Source of the DNA: a virus | Taxonomy: Duplodnaviria > Caudoviricetes | Virus record (IMG/VR): IMGVR_UViG_3300034012_002112 | Span: 1 to 58,647 of that record | Length of the DNA: 58,647 bases | Strand: one strand, 5' to 3' | Shown here: piece by piece, positions 27,582 to 36,760 of the stretch | Layout: each line of letters begins with the position of its first letter | Position numbering within the stretch: position 1 is the first letter of the stretch | Program-made: the position numbers and the translations under genes | The notes under the pieces: generated by a model | Databases searched by the model: none | Told to the model about the DNA's origin: nothing | The model's input: only the letters and a program-made list of their open reading frames with translations

Positions 27582-28684
27582 AGAGAAGCATCCTCTCCGG
27601 TCATTTCATCCCGAGCGGGAAGAGCTTTGACATCTACAGGATCTGTGGTGCGAGAGACAGGAAGAATCTCGACGCCGTCCTTGATGCCATAAGCACCACC
27701 CAGTTTGTCAGCATCCTGCTTGGCATGGATGTTGATGTAATCATTGAACAGTTCCTGGAACTTCCAGGTTGATTCCCGATCTTCATCAGGAATTGACATG
27801 CGGCTCAACGATTCGATGGCATCTTCCTGAGTGCTGTAATCAGGGATGTCAAAAGATTCGATTGCGCAGATCTCAACGTTGTTGGCTCCACGCATCTCAT
27901 TGGCAAGTACCGGAGCAAATACGGTAGTGGCGTAGAACTTTTCATTGAAGCTCAGGGGGACTTCAGCATCCAGTGCTTTGCTCAGGCACTTGGACATTTC
28001 CTTTTCATACAGACGCACCTTCTCAGATACATCAGTACCATTCAATCCCTTCAGGGTTAACACCATCGGGATCTTGTGGGCACGCTTGTTGTCCTGAGTC
28101 AGGATGTACACAAGGTATTTGGTACGCACGCTATAGCGGCGCTTGTACATTTCACCTTTGCTGTTGGCAAGGTCAGATGCAACCTTGTCATCATCAAACA
28201 GTGCTTTGACCTCAGGGTTCTCAAAGGTACCAATGGTCTGGCGCATACCACTGGTCTCTTCCACCATCAGGGGAGAACGCAGCAGGATCTGGAGGCGAGG
28301 CTCAGTAAAGTTCAGGCCTTCCTCAACGGAGGTGTTAGGCGCCATGCCAAAGGTCTGCTTGTAGTTCCAGATCACAGAACCCTTGGCAAAGTCAGATTCC
28401 TCTGCAGTCCAGCCGCAGGTGTCCAAATCGGACTTACGGACAAACCAACCACGAACCTTGGACTTGTTCAAAGGTTGGATGGTTACCAGGTTCTGGTAGC
28501 CAGAGACAAACTCTTTGGACTGGAACATCTTGAAAGATTCCAGACCACGGGTAGCGAGTGCCGAGGTTTTCTTCACGGTCATTTTGTTGGAGGTTTTCAA
28601 AGAAGGGGCAGAGTTAGGGGCAGAGTCAAGGGAAGACTCGAGTTCATCCATCCAGGATTCACTCATCATGTCAGTTGGAGTCAT
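27578..28684 (-). CDS. conserved hypothetical protein (DUF5895-like)
   Basis: GWFVRKSDL..CGW...PRLQILLRSPL...YLVYIL...HKIPMVLTLKG. Confidence 0.7.
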   Translation of the reverse strand: MTPTDMMSESWMDELESSLDSAPNSAPSLKTSNKMTVKKTSALATRGLESFKMFQSKEFVSGYQNLVTIQPLNKSKVRGWFVRKSDLDTCGWTAEESDFAKGSVIWNYKQTFGMAPNTSVEEGLNFTEPRLQILLRSPLMVEETSGMRQTIGTFENPEVKALFDDDKVASDLANSKGEMYKRRYSVRTKYLVYILTQDNKRAHKIPMVLTLKGLNGTDVSEKVRLYEKEMSKCLSKALDAEVPLSFNEKFYATTVFAPVLANEMRGANNVEICAIESFDIPDYSTQEDAIESLSRMSIPDEDRESTWKFQELFNDYINIHAKQDADKLGGAYGIKDGVEILPVSRTTDPVDVKALPARDEMTGEDASL

Positions 28685-28706
28685 GGTCAGGTCTGAGTTT
28701 GGGTAG

Positions 28707-28733
28707 TGGTGCTTTTAACGTCATCCCAGGACG
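28707..28733 (-). promoter_or_regulatory. leader pseudoknot motif, copy 2
   Basis: CGTC-CTGGGAT-GACG-TTAAAAGC-ACCA; weakest second stem. Confidence 0.65.
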
Positions 28734-29023
28734 GGGTCAGAGTCTACCTCCTCTGGATCAGGGTTCTGTTCCATTTGCTTCTTTTCTTCATATTGGAAGT
28801 ATTCGTCAGCAATCTCTCGCATGCAGCTGTAGATCACTGAATCGTAGTGACCGCAACCACGCAAGAAATCAACAACATGACGAACAATGTTGTCACAAAA
28901 TACTTCCTGAAATGTTGTCAGGTTCTGGCTATTGCCATCCTGATGCAACAGATAGAAGGTGTCATGAGGAAGCTCCTCATTAACTGGAAGAATAAAATCA
29001 AATCCAACCTTTTCTTTTTCCAT
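28721..29023 (-). CDS. hypothetical protein
   Basis: 100 aa; VDFLRGCG motif. Confidence 0.7.
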   Translation of the reverse strand: MEKEKVGFDFILPVNEELPHDTFYLLHQDGNSQNLTTFQEVFCDNIVRHVVDFLRGCGHYDSVIYSCMREIADEYFQYEEKKQMEQNPDPEEVDSDPVLG

Positions 29024-29826
29024 TAGAAAGGCGCCTCCTCCAGCTCAGGTGCTGCACCATATTGACCAGGCAAATCAGGCAGACCAGTGTTGACAGACCA
29101 TGGATCAGTCTCTTCCTCTGCTTGACGCCCGCCCCACAGAGGAGTGACGTTATCCGATGCAACCGTGGTAGATGGCTGAATGGTTTGCGTTGATGGGGTT
29201 GTGCTTCCTTTGGGTGCAAGAGTCATGGAAACCAATTGAATCTTGGTTTGCGACTTCTTATCTCCATTAGCATCCTTCCATGCATCAGTCACCAGCCTGC
29301 CCTGGATAGTTAACCCAGTTCCTTTCTTGGTAAAGTTCACCAGAAGTTCAGCGTTATTAAGCTTATCTTCTGCTGTATTGATGGCATAGAAATTGAAAAG
29401 ATCTGCCTGATTCCTACCTGTATTTACAGACAGGGTTTGATTGCAAATCATCAACCCACTTTCCGTAGTTTTAAACGCCCTGGCATCGTCAGTAGCAATG
29501 TCTTTAACGCAACGGCCGCCGAGGATGACGGTGTTAAGCATCGGAAACTGATCATTGACCTGTACAACAGTGCCGCCATGGAGCGAGTGCGTTCTGCTTT
29601 CAAGGTCGAAGCGTAGCTTTGCGCCGTGAACGTAGATGTAGTTTCCCTTCTTGAGTCTTGAGAAACGCTCAGAGTTCTTTCCATAGATGTTGAGATCGAG
29701 TTGGGTTTGAGCTTTGTTACCAACAGGCGGCAGGATGACCGTGCAACGCATGGCGGTAGATGATGCTGAAGTAAAAACCTCACGCGGATCCTCGGACAGA
29801 TACGCGTAGACGCAAGCAAAGTTCAT
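29023..29826 (-). CDS. ssb: single-stranded DNA-binding protein, two OB folds
   Basis: NFACVYAYLSEDP...RLKKGNYIYV; NTVILGGR...KKGTGLTIQGRLVTDAWKD; acidic EEAPF tail. Confidence 0.85.
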   Translation of the reverse strand: MNFACVYAYLSEDPREVFTSASSTAMRCTVILPPVGNKAQTQLDLNIYGKNSERFSRLKKGNYIYVHGAKLRFDLESRTHSLHGGTVVQVNDQFPMLNTVILGGRCVKDIATDDARAFKTTESGLMICNQTLSVNTGRNQADLFNFYAINTAEDKLNNAELLVNFTKKGTGLTIQGRLVTDAWKDANGDKKSQTKIQLVSMTLAPKGSTTPSTQTIQPSTTVASDNVTPLWGGRQAEEETDPWSVNTGLPDLPGQYGAAPELEEAPF

Positions 29827-29846
29827 GAGTTCAGAAGGTAGGGGTA

Positions 29847-29873
29847 AGGCAGTTTAACGTCATACCTGGGACG
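29847..29873 (-). promoter_or_regulatory. leader pseudoknot motif, copy 3 (ssb leader)
   Basis: CGTC-CCAGGTAT-GACG-TTAAAC-TGCCT. Confidence 0.8.
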
Positions 29874-29879
29874 AAACGC

Positions 29880-30131
29880 CTATTTAATTGTTTCTATTTC
29901 TTCGGTTTTAGCAACATGTTCCACTTCATAATTAATACGTCCGGCAAAAGTGTTTCGTGTTGTAATTCGATAAACAGTACCGTCGTGAACAATTAATTCA
30001 GTGCCAGGCTCTGTTTTATTAGCAAGATTATCAAGATTCCATTTCAATCTCAATACCTCATTGTTTTTCTCTCGATGTTTAAGCCATGCTTTGAATAACT
30101 GTTTAAGAGTTGGTTTGCGTTTGGTTGTCAT
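29880..30131 (-). CDS. hypothetical protein
   Basis: MTTKRKPTLKQLF..., 83 aa, AT-rich. Confidence 0.6.
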   Translation of the reverse strand: MTTKRKPTLKQLFKAWLKHREKNNEVLRLKWNLDNLANKTEPGTELIVHDGTVYRITTRNTFAGRINYEVEHVAKTEEIETIK

Positions 30132-30135
30132 GGCT

Positions 30136-31956
30136 TTAGTGCGTTTGAGCCCAGGTGCTGCCGACCCGTGAGTCGCCATCAATCTTACAGCGAAATCCAA
30201 AGAATTCCTGCGCTTGTGGGAATGCACGCATGGCTTGTTCTCTGATGGTCTCAGTCAGGTCCTTAGGGCAAGACACCTGGATCTCATCGTGAATCATGGC
30301 GTGTTGAATCCAATGGCGCTCGTGTACTAAACCAAGCTCTGACAAATTGTCATGTAAATTAATAACAACTTGTTTCATGATGAGTGCGCCTGCTGCTTGC
30401 AATAGAAGATTCAATCCTTTGAATTCAGATCGACAAAACAATGCACGTTGATCTAATCCACGTAGATAACCACGGGATTGGATTGTAGATGCAATGTTTT
30501 CTTTCAATGATTTAAGAGCTGGCACACCTTTCATGAATGAATTAATTGCAGAACTTCCTAGTTGACGCAGAACTTCTGGATCTTTTTCATTCGGATTAAT
30601 GATAGTACCTGCCTTCATAGCGCCACATCCATAGAGCATTCCATACAAGAGACGTTTGCTTACGTCCCTGTTATCCACACCAAACTGTTGTTGGTTGTAG
30701 GTATGGATGTCAATGGATTCATCTGTTACCAGACGGGCGTATTCTCCGTCATCCCAGATGGCTAAGTATCCGGCCAAGCAACGTAACTCAAGAGCCTTAG
30801 CATCGACCCCAATAAGGTCCCAACTATGAGGAGCGTGGAAAAGGTTTCGGCATTCTTTTCCATAGGGGGAGTAAGCTGCTGGGACCTGACCCATGTTTGG
30901 ATTGCGGTGTGCGCAGCGCCCGCTAATGCAACCGTTAGTAACCAAATCCCCATGCATACATAGGTCATCGTTGTTAACGAGCTTGAGCCAAGCATTGTTT
31001 CCATCTGCGATTTGTCCCAGACGTTTTTTAACAAGCATGTATTCAGCTAAGGGCTGTGCTTCGGGGTAGGGCAAAGCCGCGAGTATATCGTCGTCAAGTA
31101 TTGGATTTCCTTTTTCCGTTGTTTTTTCAGGCGTCCATCCGTACTTCTGTCGTAGTCGGTCTGCAATTTGAGTACGAGATCCCGGATTGAATTCCTCAAA
31201 GCGAACCTTCGTGAAGGGCTGACCTTTGACATAGCCACGGCTTTTGTTATTCACCTTAGGGATGAACGTTTCCTCATGCCGTATCGGCGGAAACAATTCC
31301 TTTAGGTGGACCTCAAGTTCCGCTTGCTTTGCTCTAAGGACATCCACAAGATCAAGGCATGCATCAATATCAAAAGGAAAGCCTGCTCGAATTTGTCGGT
31401 TAATTGCCAGAGCAAAGTCATGTTCGAGCTTGAGTGCCGGACCTGGGTATTGCTGGGACGCAATGAAGCGCCAGAGTTTGAGGGTGACTTGAACATCCTG
31501 GACGCAGTAGTCCAGCATCTCTTGAGAATATTTGGAGAAGTCTTTGAACTCGATCTTATGATCGGCCAAGCGCCATCCCCATGCCTTAAGAGAAGCGGTT
31601 CCTCGGTTCTTCTTTGGAACCTGCGGATATTGTTCATTGTCCAGTTCCTCCAGAACTTCCTTTGGCCAGATCAATCTGGTGCAAATAAGCGTGTCGATGA
31701 TGCGGCATTTGAGGTTAAATGAATGCAGCTTTTGTAGAACCGGTACGTCATAGAAGATCACATTGTGACCAATGAGTACATCAGCGGTTGCCAGATGAGC
31801 AAGAGCATCATCAATGCGATCAGGCCCATAAGTAAAAGTTTCTGCTCTCGTAATGTCATAGATGACAATGCAGAAAATTTGCGTGACCTTGTCATACAAA
31901 CCATCAGATTCCAGGTCAAAGATCAGCCATGTTTCACTTTCTGAAACGGGCTTCAT
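30136..31956 (-). CDS. polA: DNA polymerase family A (T7-like) with 3'-5' exonuclease
   Basis: FDLESDG, GHNVIFYD, YCVQD; DAKALELR, KRLLYGMLYG, IHDE; start uncertain (track ORF extends to 32028). Confidence 0.95.
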   Translation of the reverse strand: MKPVSESETWLIFDLESDGLYDKVTQIFCIVIYDITRAETFTYGPDRIDDALAHLATADVLIGHNVIFYDVPVLQKLHSFNLKCRIIDTLICTRLIWPKEVLEELDNEQYPQVPKKNRGTASLKAWGWRLADHKIEFKDFSKYSQEMLDYCVQDVQVTLKLWRFIASQQYPGPALKLEHDFALAINRQIRAGFPFDIDACLDLVDVLRAKQAELEVHLKELFPPIRHEETFIPKVNNKSRGYVKGQPFTKVRFEEFNPGSRTQIADRLRQKYGWTPEKTTEKGNPILDDDILAALPYPEAQPLAEYMLVKKRLGQIADGNNAWLKLVNNDDLCMHGDLVTNGCISGRCAHRNPNMGQVPAAYSPYGKECRNLFHAPHSWDLIGVDAKALELRCLAGYLAIWDDGEYARLVTDESIDIHTYNQQQFGVDNRDVSKRLLYGMLYGCGAMKAGTIINPNEKDPEVLRQLGSSAINSFMKGVPALKSLKENIASTIQSRGYLRGLDQRALFCRSEFKGLNLLLQAAGALIMKQVVINLHDNLSELGLVHERHWIQHAMIHDEIQVSCPKDLTETIREQAMRAFPQAQEFFGFRCKIDGDSRVGSTWAQTH

Positions 31957-32167
31957 CTTGAATTGAGAAGTTTTCACTGGGGAGAGTTTGGTCATTTTCG
32001 TTAATCCACGCCAAGATTTGCTGTGCACCAGCCCTATATGGGTGGGAGTAAATCTTGTTCAGAGCTACTTCTGAATCTAACGGAATTAACTGAAATGCAT
32101 TGGTTTGAGAGCAGGCTGTAATGGCGTACGGCCTGCCCTCCTTCCAAGTAGCGATAACGTAAGACAT
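31934..32167 (-). CDS. hypothetical protein
   Basis: 77 aa. Confidence 0.65.
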   Translation of the reverse strand: MSYVIATWKEGRPYAITACSQTNAFQLIPLDSEVALNKIYSHPYRAGAQQILAWINENDQTLPSENFSIQDEARFRK

Positions 32168-32223
32168 GCAAAAGAAGTAAGACGGACAGATGATATCTGA
32201 TCCGTCAACCCTTGCAAGTGTCT

Positions 32224-32994
32224 TCAGGATTTATGTGGATTTAATTTGCCGTATCCCACAAATCCCCCTTCCTTCTTACGTTGAGTCAGGGCTTTCATCG
32301 CATCAGACCCAGCCCTCTGGCTGCCATGCACCAGGAGTGCAAACGGTTTGTCACCCAGGCAGTGGCTGTCGTCATGATCGATCTCCAGTCCTTGCTCAGC
32401 TGCGTCTGCCTCGGTGTAGACCACATGTGCTACACGGGTAAAGACCTTGGGATACTTGGGGATTAGGTAATCGAGAGTACCGCCAAAGGATGCAGTGAGA
32501 TAGAAGTTGGATGGTATGGAATCTTGAAGAGCCAGCCACATGCCTAGTGATTTGGTGTAGGCATAGAACTTCTGTTGTGGCCGCTCTTGTGCCACCATCA
32601 TCCAAGCCTTCATGTAGTTCTCAGTCCAGAAGTCACCTGACTCATGGATACGAACCAGTTGCTTTGGTGGGTGCATCAATAGCGAAAGATCAATTAGATC
32701 ACGCAACAGCTTGGCCTGGTTCCCATTCATGTGAATGGTTTCACGTAGCAGATCCCAGTTGTGCCAACGGGCATCACGTACGTTTGGCCTGACTTCTGCC
32801 ATGGCAGCAAAGCAACGGTAGTCATCAGTTGCTTCGACGCCTGTGTACTGAGGCAGATCAGTGATGGCACCAGTGGTGCGGTCTGCAAATGTCTTGCACA
32901 CACCAGCATGCGGACATGAGTAACCAGCTGGCAGCGAGAAGATCAAACGGTTCTTAAGCTTGCCGTTACCAGTGGAGAACTTAAGGAGTTTCAT
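32224..32994 (-). CDS. phage GP88-like protein
   Basis: GNGKL, FSLPAGYSCPHAGVC...CFA, RIHESGDF, FYAYTK. Confidence 0.8.
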   Translation of the reverse strand: MKLLKFSTGNGKLKNRLIFSLPAGYSCPHAGVCKTFADRTTGAITDLPQYTGVEATDDYRCFAAMAEVRPNVRDARWHNWDLLRETIHMNGNQAKLLRDLIDLSLLMHPPKQLVRIHESGDFWTENYMKAWMMVAQERPQQKFYAYTKSLGMWLALQDSIPSNFYLTASFGGTLDYLIPKYPKVFTRVAHVVYTEADAAEQGLEIDHDDSHCLGDKPFALLVHGSQRAGSDAMKALTQRKKEGGFVGYGKLNPHKS

Positions 32995-32996
32995 GA

Positions 32997-33221
32997 TCAG
33001 TAGATTTCAGTTGTGTTGAATTGAATTGACCAGTTACTGGCAGCAGTAAACGGAATAGTTCCGTAATACATGCCATCAGAATCCACAAGATCAATCATGA
33101 CCTCATGGGTATCCAGGGAGAATCCAATCCCTGAACACATGTACTGAGCATCGTTCTCATTGATAAGCATTGCCCCCTTAAGGCAATTGATATCAATGGT
33201 ACTAAGACCAAGGATTTCCAT
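32997..33221 (-). CDS. hypothetical protein
   Basis: 74 aa with CAATTCAATTCA leader. Confidence 0.65.
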   Translation of the reverse strand: MEILGLSTIDINCLKGAMLINENDAQYMCSGIGFSLDTHEVMIDLVDSDGMYYGTIPFTAASNWSIQFNTTEIY

Positions 33222-33257
33222 TGAATTGAATTGAGTTGAGTTAATAAGCTGAGCTTA

Positions 33258-33285
33258 TGAATGAGTTTAGGGACATCTCAGGTCC
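33258..33285 (-). promoter_or_regulatory. leader pseudoknot motif, copy 4
   Basis: GGAC-CTGAGAT-GTCC-CTAAAC-TCATTCA; compensatory stem 1. Confidence 0.75.
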
Positions 33286-33299
33286 ATCAATAATTTAAA

Positions 33300-33464
33300 G
33301 CAGACCAGGGATTCTGTACACAGATTTTAAGTAAGGGTCGGCCCTTACTCCCCGGCTTGCTTCATCGTTGGTTCAAAGCACAGCTTCCACCCTGTGCATT
33401 GACGGAATCCGCAACTGAGCCTGAAATCAGTTGCTTAACAAACTCGTGGCCACGAGTGGTCTGC
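33300..33464 (-). ncRNA. closed multi-branch structured RNA, unassigned (strand not certain)
   Basis: Plus-strand spelling: GCAGACCA/TGGTCTGC closing stem; GGATTCTGT/ACGGAATCC, AGTAAGGG/CCCTTACT, GCACAG/CTGTGC, GCAACTGA/TCAGTTGC, CTCGT/ACGAG. Confidence 0.7.
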
Positions 33465-33476
33465 AGAACCAAAAGA

Positions 33477-33482
33477 ATTATA
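33477..33482 (-). promoter_or_regulatory. -10 box TATAAT
   Basis: Perfect TATAAT 12 nt upstream of the structured RNA's closing stem. Confidence 0.6.
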
Positions 33483-33488
33483 AGGGTA

Positions 33489-33833
33489 TCAAGACAGTGT
33501 CGTGGATCCACGGAATTTTTCTCGGCTCATCCGTAATGTGATCTGATCCCCATGGTCTGGAACCTCGTTAGGTCCCTGGTGGACCAGCAGCTCCCAGATT
33601 GTTCTGTTGGTTTTCATAAGGTCTTGACAATACTTGACAATCAATTTGTCCTTATCTTGACCGGGTTTATACTTCAGGATTTTCTTGGAAATCCCAAACG
33701 GAACGTCTTCATTGTCCTGTGTGTAGCAAGCAATCCAGTAATGGGCTGTGCGTTGAGGTTGCGTTGAGTTAATAAAACCTTTCATTGTGTTAAGGTCTTT
33801 GAGTCCTATGTAATCATGGGGCGTTACCCGCAT
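33489..33833 (-). CDS. hypothetical protein
   Basis: 114 aa; start may be 33785. Confidence 0.65.
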   Translation of the reverse strand: MRVTPHDYIGLKDLNTMKGFINSTQPQRTAHYWIACYTQDNEDVPFGISKKILKYKPGQDKDKLIVKYCQDLMKTNRTIWELLVHQGPNEVPDHGDQITLRMSREKFRGSTTLS

Positions 33834-33998
33834 AGAAGATTGCGATTAGAGCTTGGTTGCGTGAGACCAAGTTTGAATCTTCCTAATCTCCAGTGCATCA
33901 CTCCACCTGGTGCATTGAAGATTTGTTTTGTGTAACGGAGTGAACGACATCATATACATCAATCGTCATATACTTTCCGTATTAATAGATACAGAACA

Positions 33999-34151
33999 AT
34001 GACCCTGACGTATCGGGGTTGCAAGTACGAACAAGCAACCCAAGCTCAAACGGATCGTGAGTGGTGGAACTTAGCACACCGCCCCTGGCTGGTGCTGGTG
34101 TACCGTAGCATCTGCTACTTCCCCTTTGTCACTGGAGGTCAGATCAAATGA
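33999..34151 (+). CDS. DUF4278-like small protein
   Basis: MTLTYRGCKY...LVYRSICY: two LxYRG/S-x-xY units. Confidence 0.65.
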   Translation: MTLTYRGCKYEQATQAQTDREWWNLAHRPWLVLVYRSICYFPFVTGGQIK

Positions 34152-34264
34152 AACCAGCACTGATTGTTTACTTGGTTAATACCAAAAAGAAGTTGGCACG
34201 CAAAGATGTGGAGTCCAAGCATGCCATCAGGGAATTAAAAAAACAATACGCCGCGACCTTCTGA
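34148..34264 (+). CDS. small basic peptide
   Basis: MKPALIVYLVNTKKKLARKD..., ATGA-coupled. Confidence 0.5.
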   Translation: MKPALIVYLVNTKKKLARKDVESKHAIRELKKQYAATF

Positions 34265-34513
34265 TCTCCACTCAGCCAATGGACCCTCAGATTCCTCTGG
34301 GGGTTTTTGGTATGGAGGCATCAGGTCTCCGTTCTCATCAATGATTCCAGCATTGATTAAGAACTGACGGGCTTGTTCTGGTTCCTTGTACTTCTCAATC
34401 AAGTCATTGATCTGCTGTGAACACAGCTTCTCCAATGATTGGGAATTCTCTGCAGAAGAGTCCTTTGATTCCTTCTGCGATTTCTCGATGTTCGAGTTGG
34501 GTTCCTGGGTCAC
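34235..34513 (-). CDS. hypothetical protein
   Basis: EQARQFLINAGIIDENGDLMPPY; start overlaps thyX. Confidence 0.55.
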   Translation of the reverse strand: MTQEPNSNIEKSQKESKDSSAENSQSLEKLCSQQINDLIEKYKEPEQARQFLINAGIIDENGDLMPPYQKPPEESEGPLAEWRSEGRGVLFF

Positions 34514-35063
34514 AGCGAAGTTGGAGGTAGTGGATCCATGAACGCAGTGTACCGTTCATGTACAAACGAGTTGGTGTCGCAAGAGGCAGAATGAATCGAG
34601 CTGATTCCTTTGCTACGCCTTCACTGATCATCTCCTGGTAGAGATGCTTGGAATCCTCCAGGATGTTGGACATACGCCGGTAGTAGTGAGCAAGCTTGTC
34701 ACCACCAAGGCGTTCCTTTAGATCATCGTTGGAGTTCTGCCTGTTCTTGTAGTCCTGGCTACGCAGGTGCGGCATGGTAATGCTGCCTACATCAGTGATG
34801 TCTGCGTAACGCTGACTGAATTCCTGGAAGCTGAATGAACGATGCCTCAGGATCTGTGGTGAGATAGCACGTGTTGTGTTGATTTCAACACACATGTTTC
34901 CCATTTCGAATGGGGACCAGTGCTTGTGTTTGATGAGGTATTGCAACAGCCGTGGGGCTGTATCCATATTGTCTTGATTCTTCGGGGCTGATACCCGAGC
35001 CATCTTGACAATCATTTCTTCTGCATTGGGTGTTGACCAGATTAAGTTGACGTTCATTGTCAT
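34404..35063 (-). CDS. thyX: flavin-dependent thymidylate synthase
   Basis: HWSPFE, QILRHRSFSFQEFSQRY, KESARFILP, TQLEHR. Confidence 0.97.
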   Translation of the reverse strand: MTMNVNLIWSTPNAEEMIVKMARVSAPKNQDNMDTAPRLLQYLIKHKHWSPFEMGNMCVEINTTRAISPQILRHRSFSFQEFSQRYADITDVGSITMPHLRSQDYKNRQNSNDDLKERLGGDKLAHYYRRMSNILEDSKHLYQEMISEGVAKESARFILPLATPTRLYMNGTLRSWIHYLQLRCDPGTQLEHREIAEGIKGLFCREFPIIGEAVFTADQ

Positions 35064-35269
35064 TTGCAATGCAGTAGGTAATGGTACTTGGCACCCCAAG
35101 GGTCTGTATATCTAACAACATCACATCCTTGATACTGATCAATGACCTTGAACTTCTCCTCCTGCGTATCAGGAGATTGAAAGATCATGGCAATGATGAC
35201 AAGGATGAAAGCACTGATAGTAAGTCCCCAAAGGGTTCCTTGCAGGATCATGCGTGCACGTGTATCCAT
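35060..35269 (-). CDS. small membrane protein
   Basis: TM helix then FKVIDQYQGCDVVRY. Confidence 0.7.
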   Translation of the reverse strand: MDTRARMILQGTLWGLTISAFILVIIAMIFQSPDTQEEKFKVIDQYQGCDVVRYTDPWGAKYHYLLHCK

Positions 35270-35562
35270 TACTCCCCTGGTACTAGTGTGTTCTTCATCA
35301 TGAATAGTAGATCACGCTCATGACAGATGCGCATCTGTGCGTGCTCTGTTGGAGTTTGCAGGTGGTCCCACAAGATGCGTAACATCTTCTGTTTGGAACC
35401 ACGTGCAGTGATCTTCTCACTAAAGCCAACGACCGTACCGTAGCGTTGGCTGCGGTACTGAGCAATGCGTTCTTTGACCTCTGCTCGTACGGTGAATAGG
35501 GCGTGCGTCTTGGGACGCTCTGCCACACGATCACCAACTTGGTAGGTTGATTTGGTTTTCAT
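35269..35562 (-). CDS. SH3/KOW-like hypothetical protein
   Basis: YQVGDRV...GTVVG...ILWD. Confidence 0.65.
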   Translation of the reverse strand: MKTKSTYQVGDRVAERPKTHALFTVRAEVKERIAQYRSQRYGTVVGFSEKITARGSKQKMLRILWDHLQTPTEHAQMRICHERDLLFMMKNTLVPGE

Positions 35563-35909
35563 GATTCGTACCAGGTGCAATCAGAAGATTCAGGAGTGTC
35601 GTATTCAGGGAAGTCATAGGTGCATTGCTTGCCATTGTTATGGATGCAATCAGTACACAATGATTCTTCTGTTTTGATTTCAGTTGGTTGTGTGTTAAGC
35701 AGTTTATAAAACTGGCTAACCAAAAGCAGATTCTGTTTTGCTTCCTCAAAGAAATCAGCGGTGACTTCATGAGTAGTAAAACGTGCTTCGCAATAATCAC
35801 ATTGTTTACGCCGACGCGTAGACAAATGTGTTTGTCTGCTTTCGATAACACGCAAACCAGGTTGTTTGCAGTTGGGACATTCAGGAAGAAGCGTCTTCTG
35901 AAAGGCCAT
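35559..35909 (-). CDS. NrdR-type Zn-ribbon protein without ATP cone
   Basis: CPNC...RVIESR...RRRKQCDYCEARFTTHE; second C-terminal Cys cluster. Confidence 0.75.
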   Translation of the reverse strand: MAFQKTLLPECPNCKQPGLRVIESRQTHLSTRRRKQCDYCEARFTTHEVTADFFEEAKQNLLLVSQFYKLLNTQPTEIKTEESLCTDCIHNNGKQCTYDFPEYDTPESSDCTWYES

Positions 35910-36331
35910 TACTCCGGATCAATGGATGAAGGTGCACTATTGGTACGTGCTTGTTCTTCTGCTTCTCGTTTAGCTTTTGGTACAGGCAACTTGTCCAGCT
36001 GCAATGAATCCAGGATGTACAAGGTTGCTTCTTCTCCCTTGATACGGAACATATCAGGGATGATCTCCATAGGATTCTGGAGATAGTAATCAGTTAAATA
36101 CATCTCACACATACGAAACATTGTTTCGACAGGGAGTTCATCAACGATATTGGAAACTGCTGCATCAAGGACAGCAGGCCACGTATGACGAGGGACTAAC
36201 TCAATTACTTTGAGTACCAGATCCATATCCACTTCTGCAGGAGTAGGGATATCTTTCTGTAACTCTTCTTGATATGGTTCAGGTAGTTGATCTTGTTCTT
36301 GAGCTAGTGATGGGTCAGGGTTGAGTTTCAT
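35909..36331 (-). CDS. hypothetical protein
   Basis: 140 aa, acidic. Confidence 0.7.
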   Translation of the reverse strand: MKLNPDPSLAQEQDQLPEPYQEELQKDIPTPAEVDMDLVLKVIELVPRHTWPAVLDAAVSNIVDELPVETMFRMCEMYLTDYYLQNPMEIIPDMFRIKGEEATLYILDSLQLDKLPVPKAKREAEEQARTNSAPSSIDPE

Positions 36332-36359
36332 AAGAAAGAGCCCCCGCTTGCGCAGGGGC
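36332..36359 (-). terminator. rho-independent terminator
   Basis: GCCCCTGC-GCAA-GCGGGGGC-TCTTTCTT. Confidence 0.75.
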
Positions 36360-36379
36360 CTGAACATTCCGGACTGATA

Positions 36380-36742
36380 TTAGGCAGGTTGGGCACTGGT
36401 GTCCACTACCTGGTCCATCAAACCTGCGTCTTTGAGGCGATCCAGCATGCCGCACATGATGGTGGCATGGGCATGGGTTTGTTCCATGAACATCTGTGCT
36501 CGCTCTGCGGACATGGTGTGGACACGACCGCAGGGCTCCACATATTTCCAGCTGCCATCAGGCTGGGGATCACCTTGGAGGGCAAGACGCTCTGAGTTTC
36601 GAACGTACCGTAGTTCGAGGTTGTGATAATCCTTAAGGCCGTCAGCGGCTGTCCAGGTTGCACCAATGTTGTACCTCTGATCTTCGTCAGAGTAAGCATG
36701 GAACTCAGGGATGAGGTTGCGAAAAGCGGAAAGGAATTGCAT
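36380..36742 (-). CDS. hypothetical protein
   Basis: 120 aa; starts 18 nt after tRNA-Leu. Confidence 0.7.
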   Translation of the reverse strand: MQFLSAFRNLIPEFHAYSDEDQRYNIGATWTAADGLKDYHNLELRYVRNSERLALQGDPQPDGSWKYVEPCGRVHTMSAERAQMFMEQTHAHATIMCGMLDRLKDAGLMDQVVDTSAQPA

Positions 36743-36760
36743 TGTTGTAATGAATTGAGT

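Noticed and set aside
29847-29873. Six-copy motif as a DNA operator palindrome
   Set aside because: Arm sequences vary with pairing preserved and loop-tail complementarity holds, which favours RNA structure; not formally excluded
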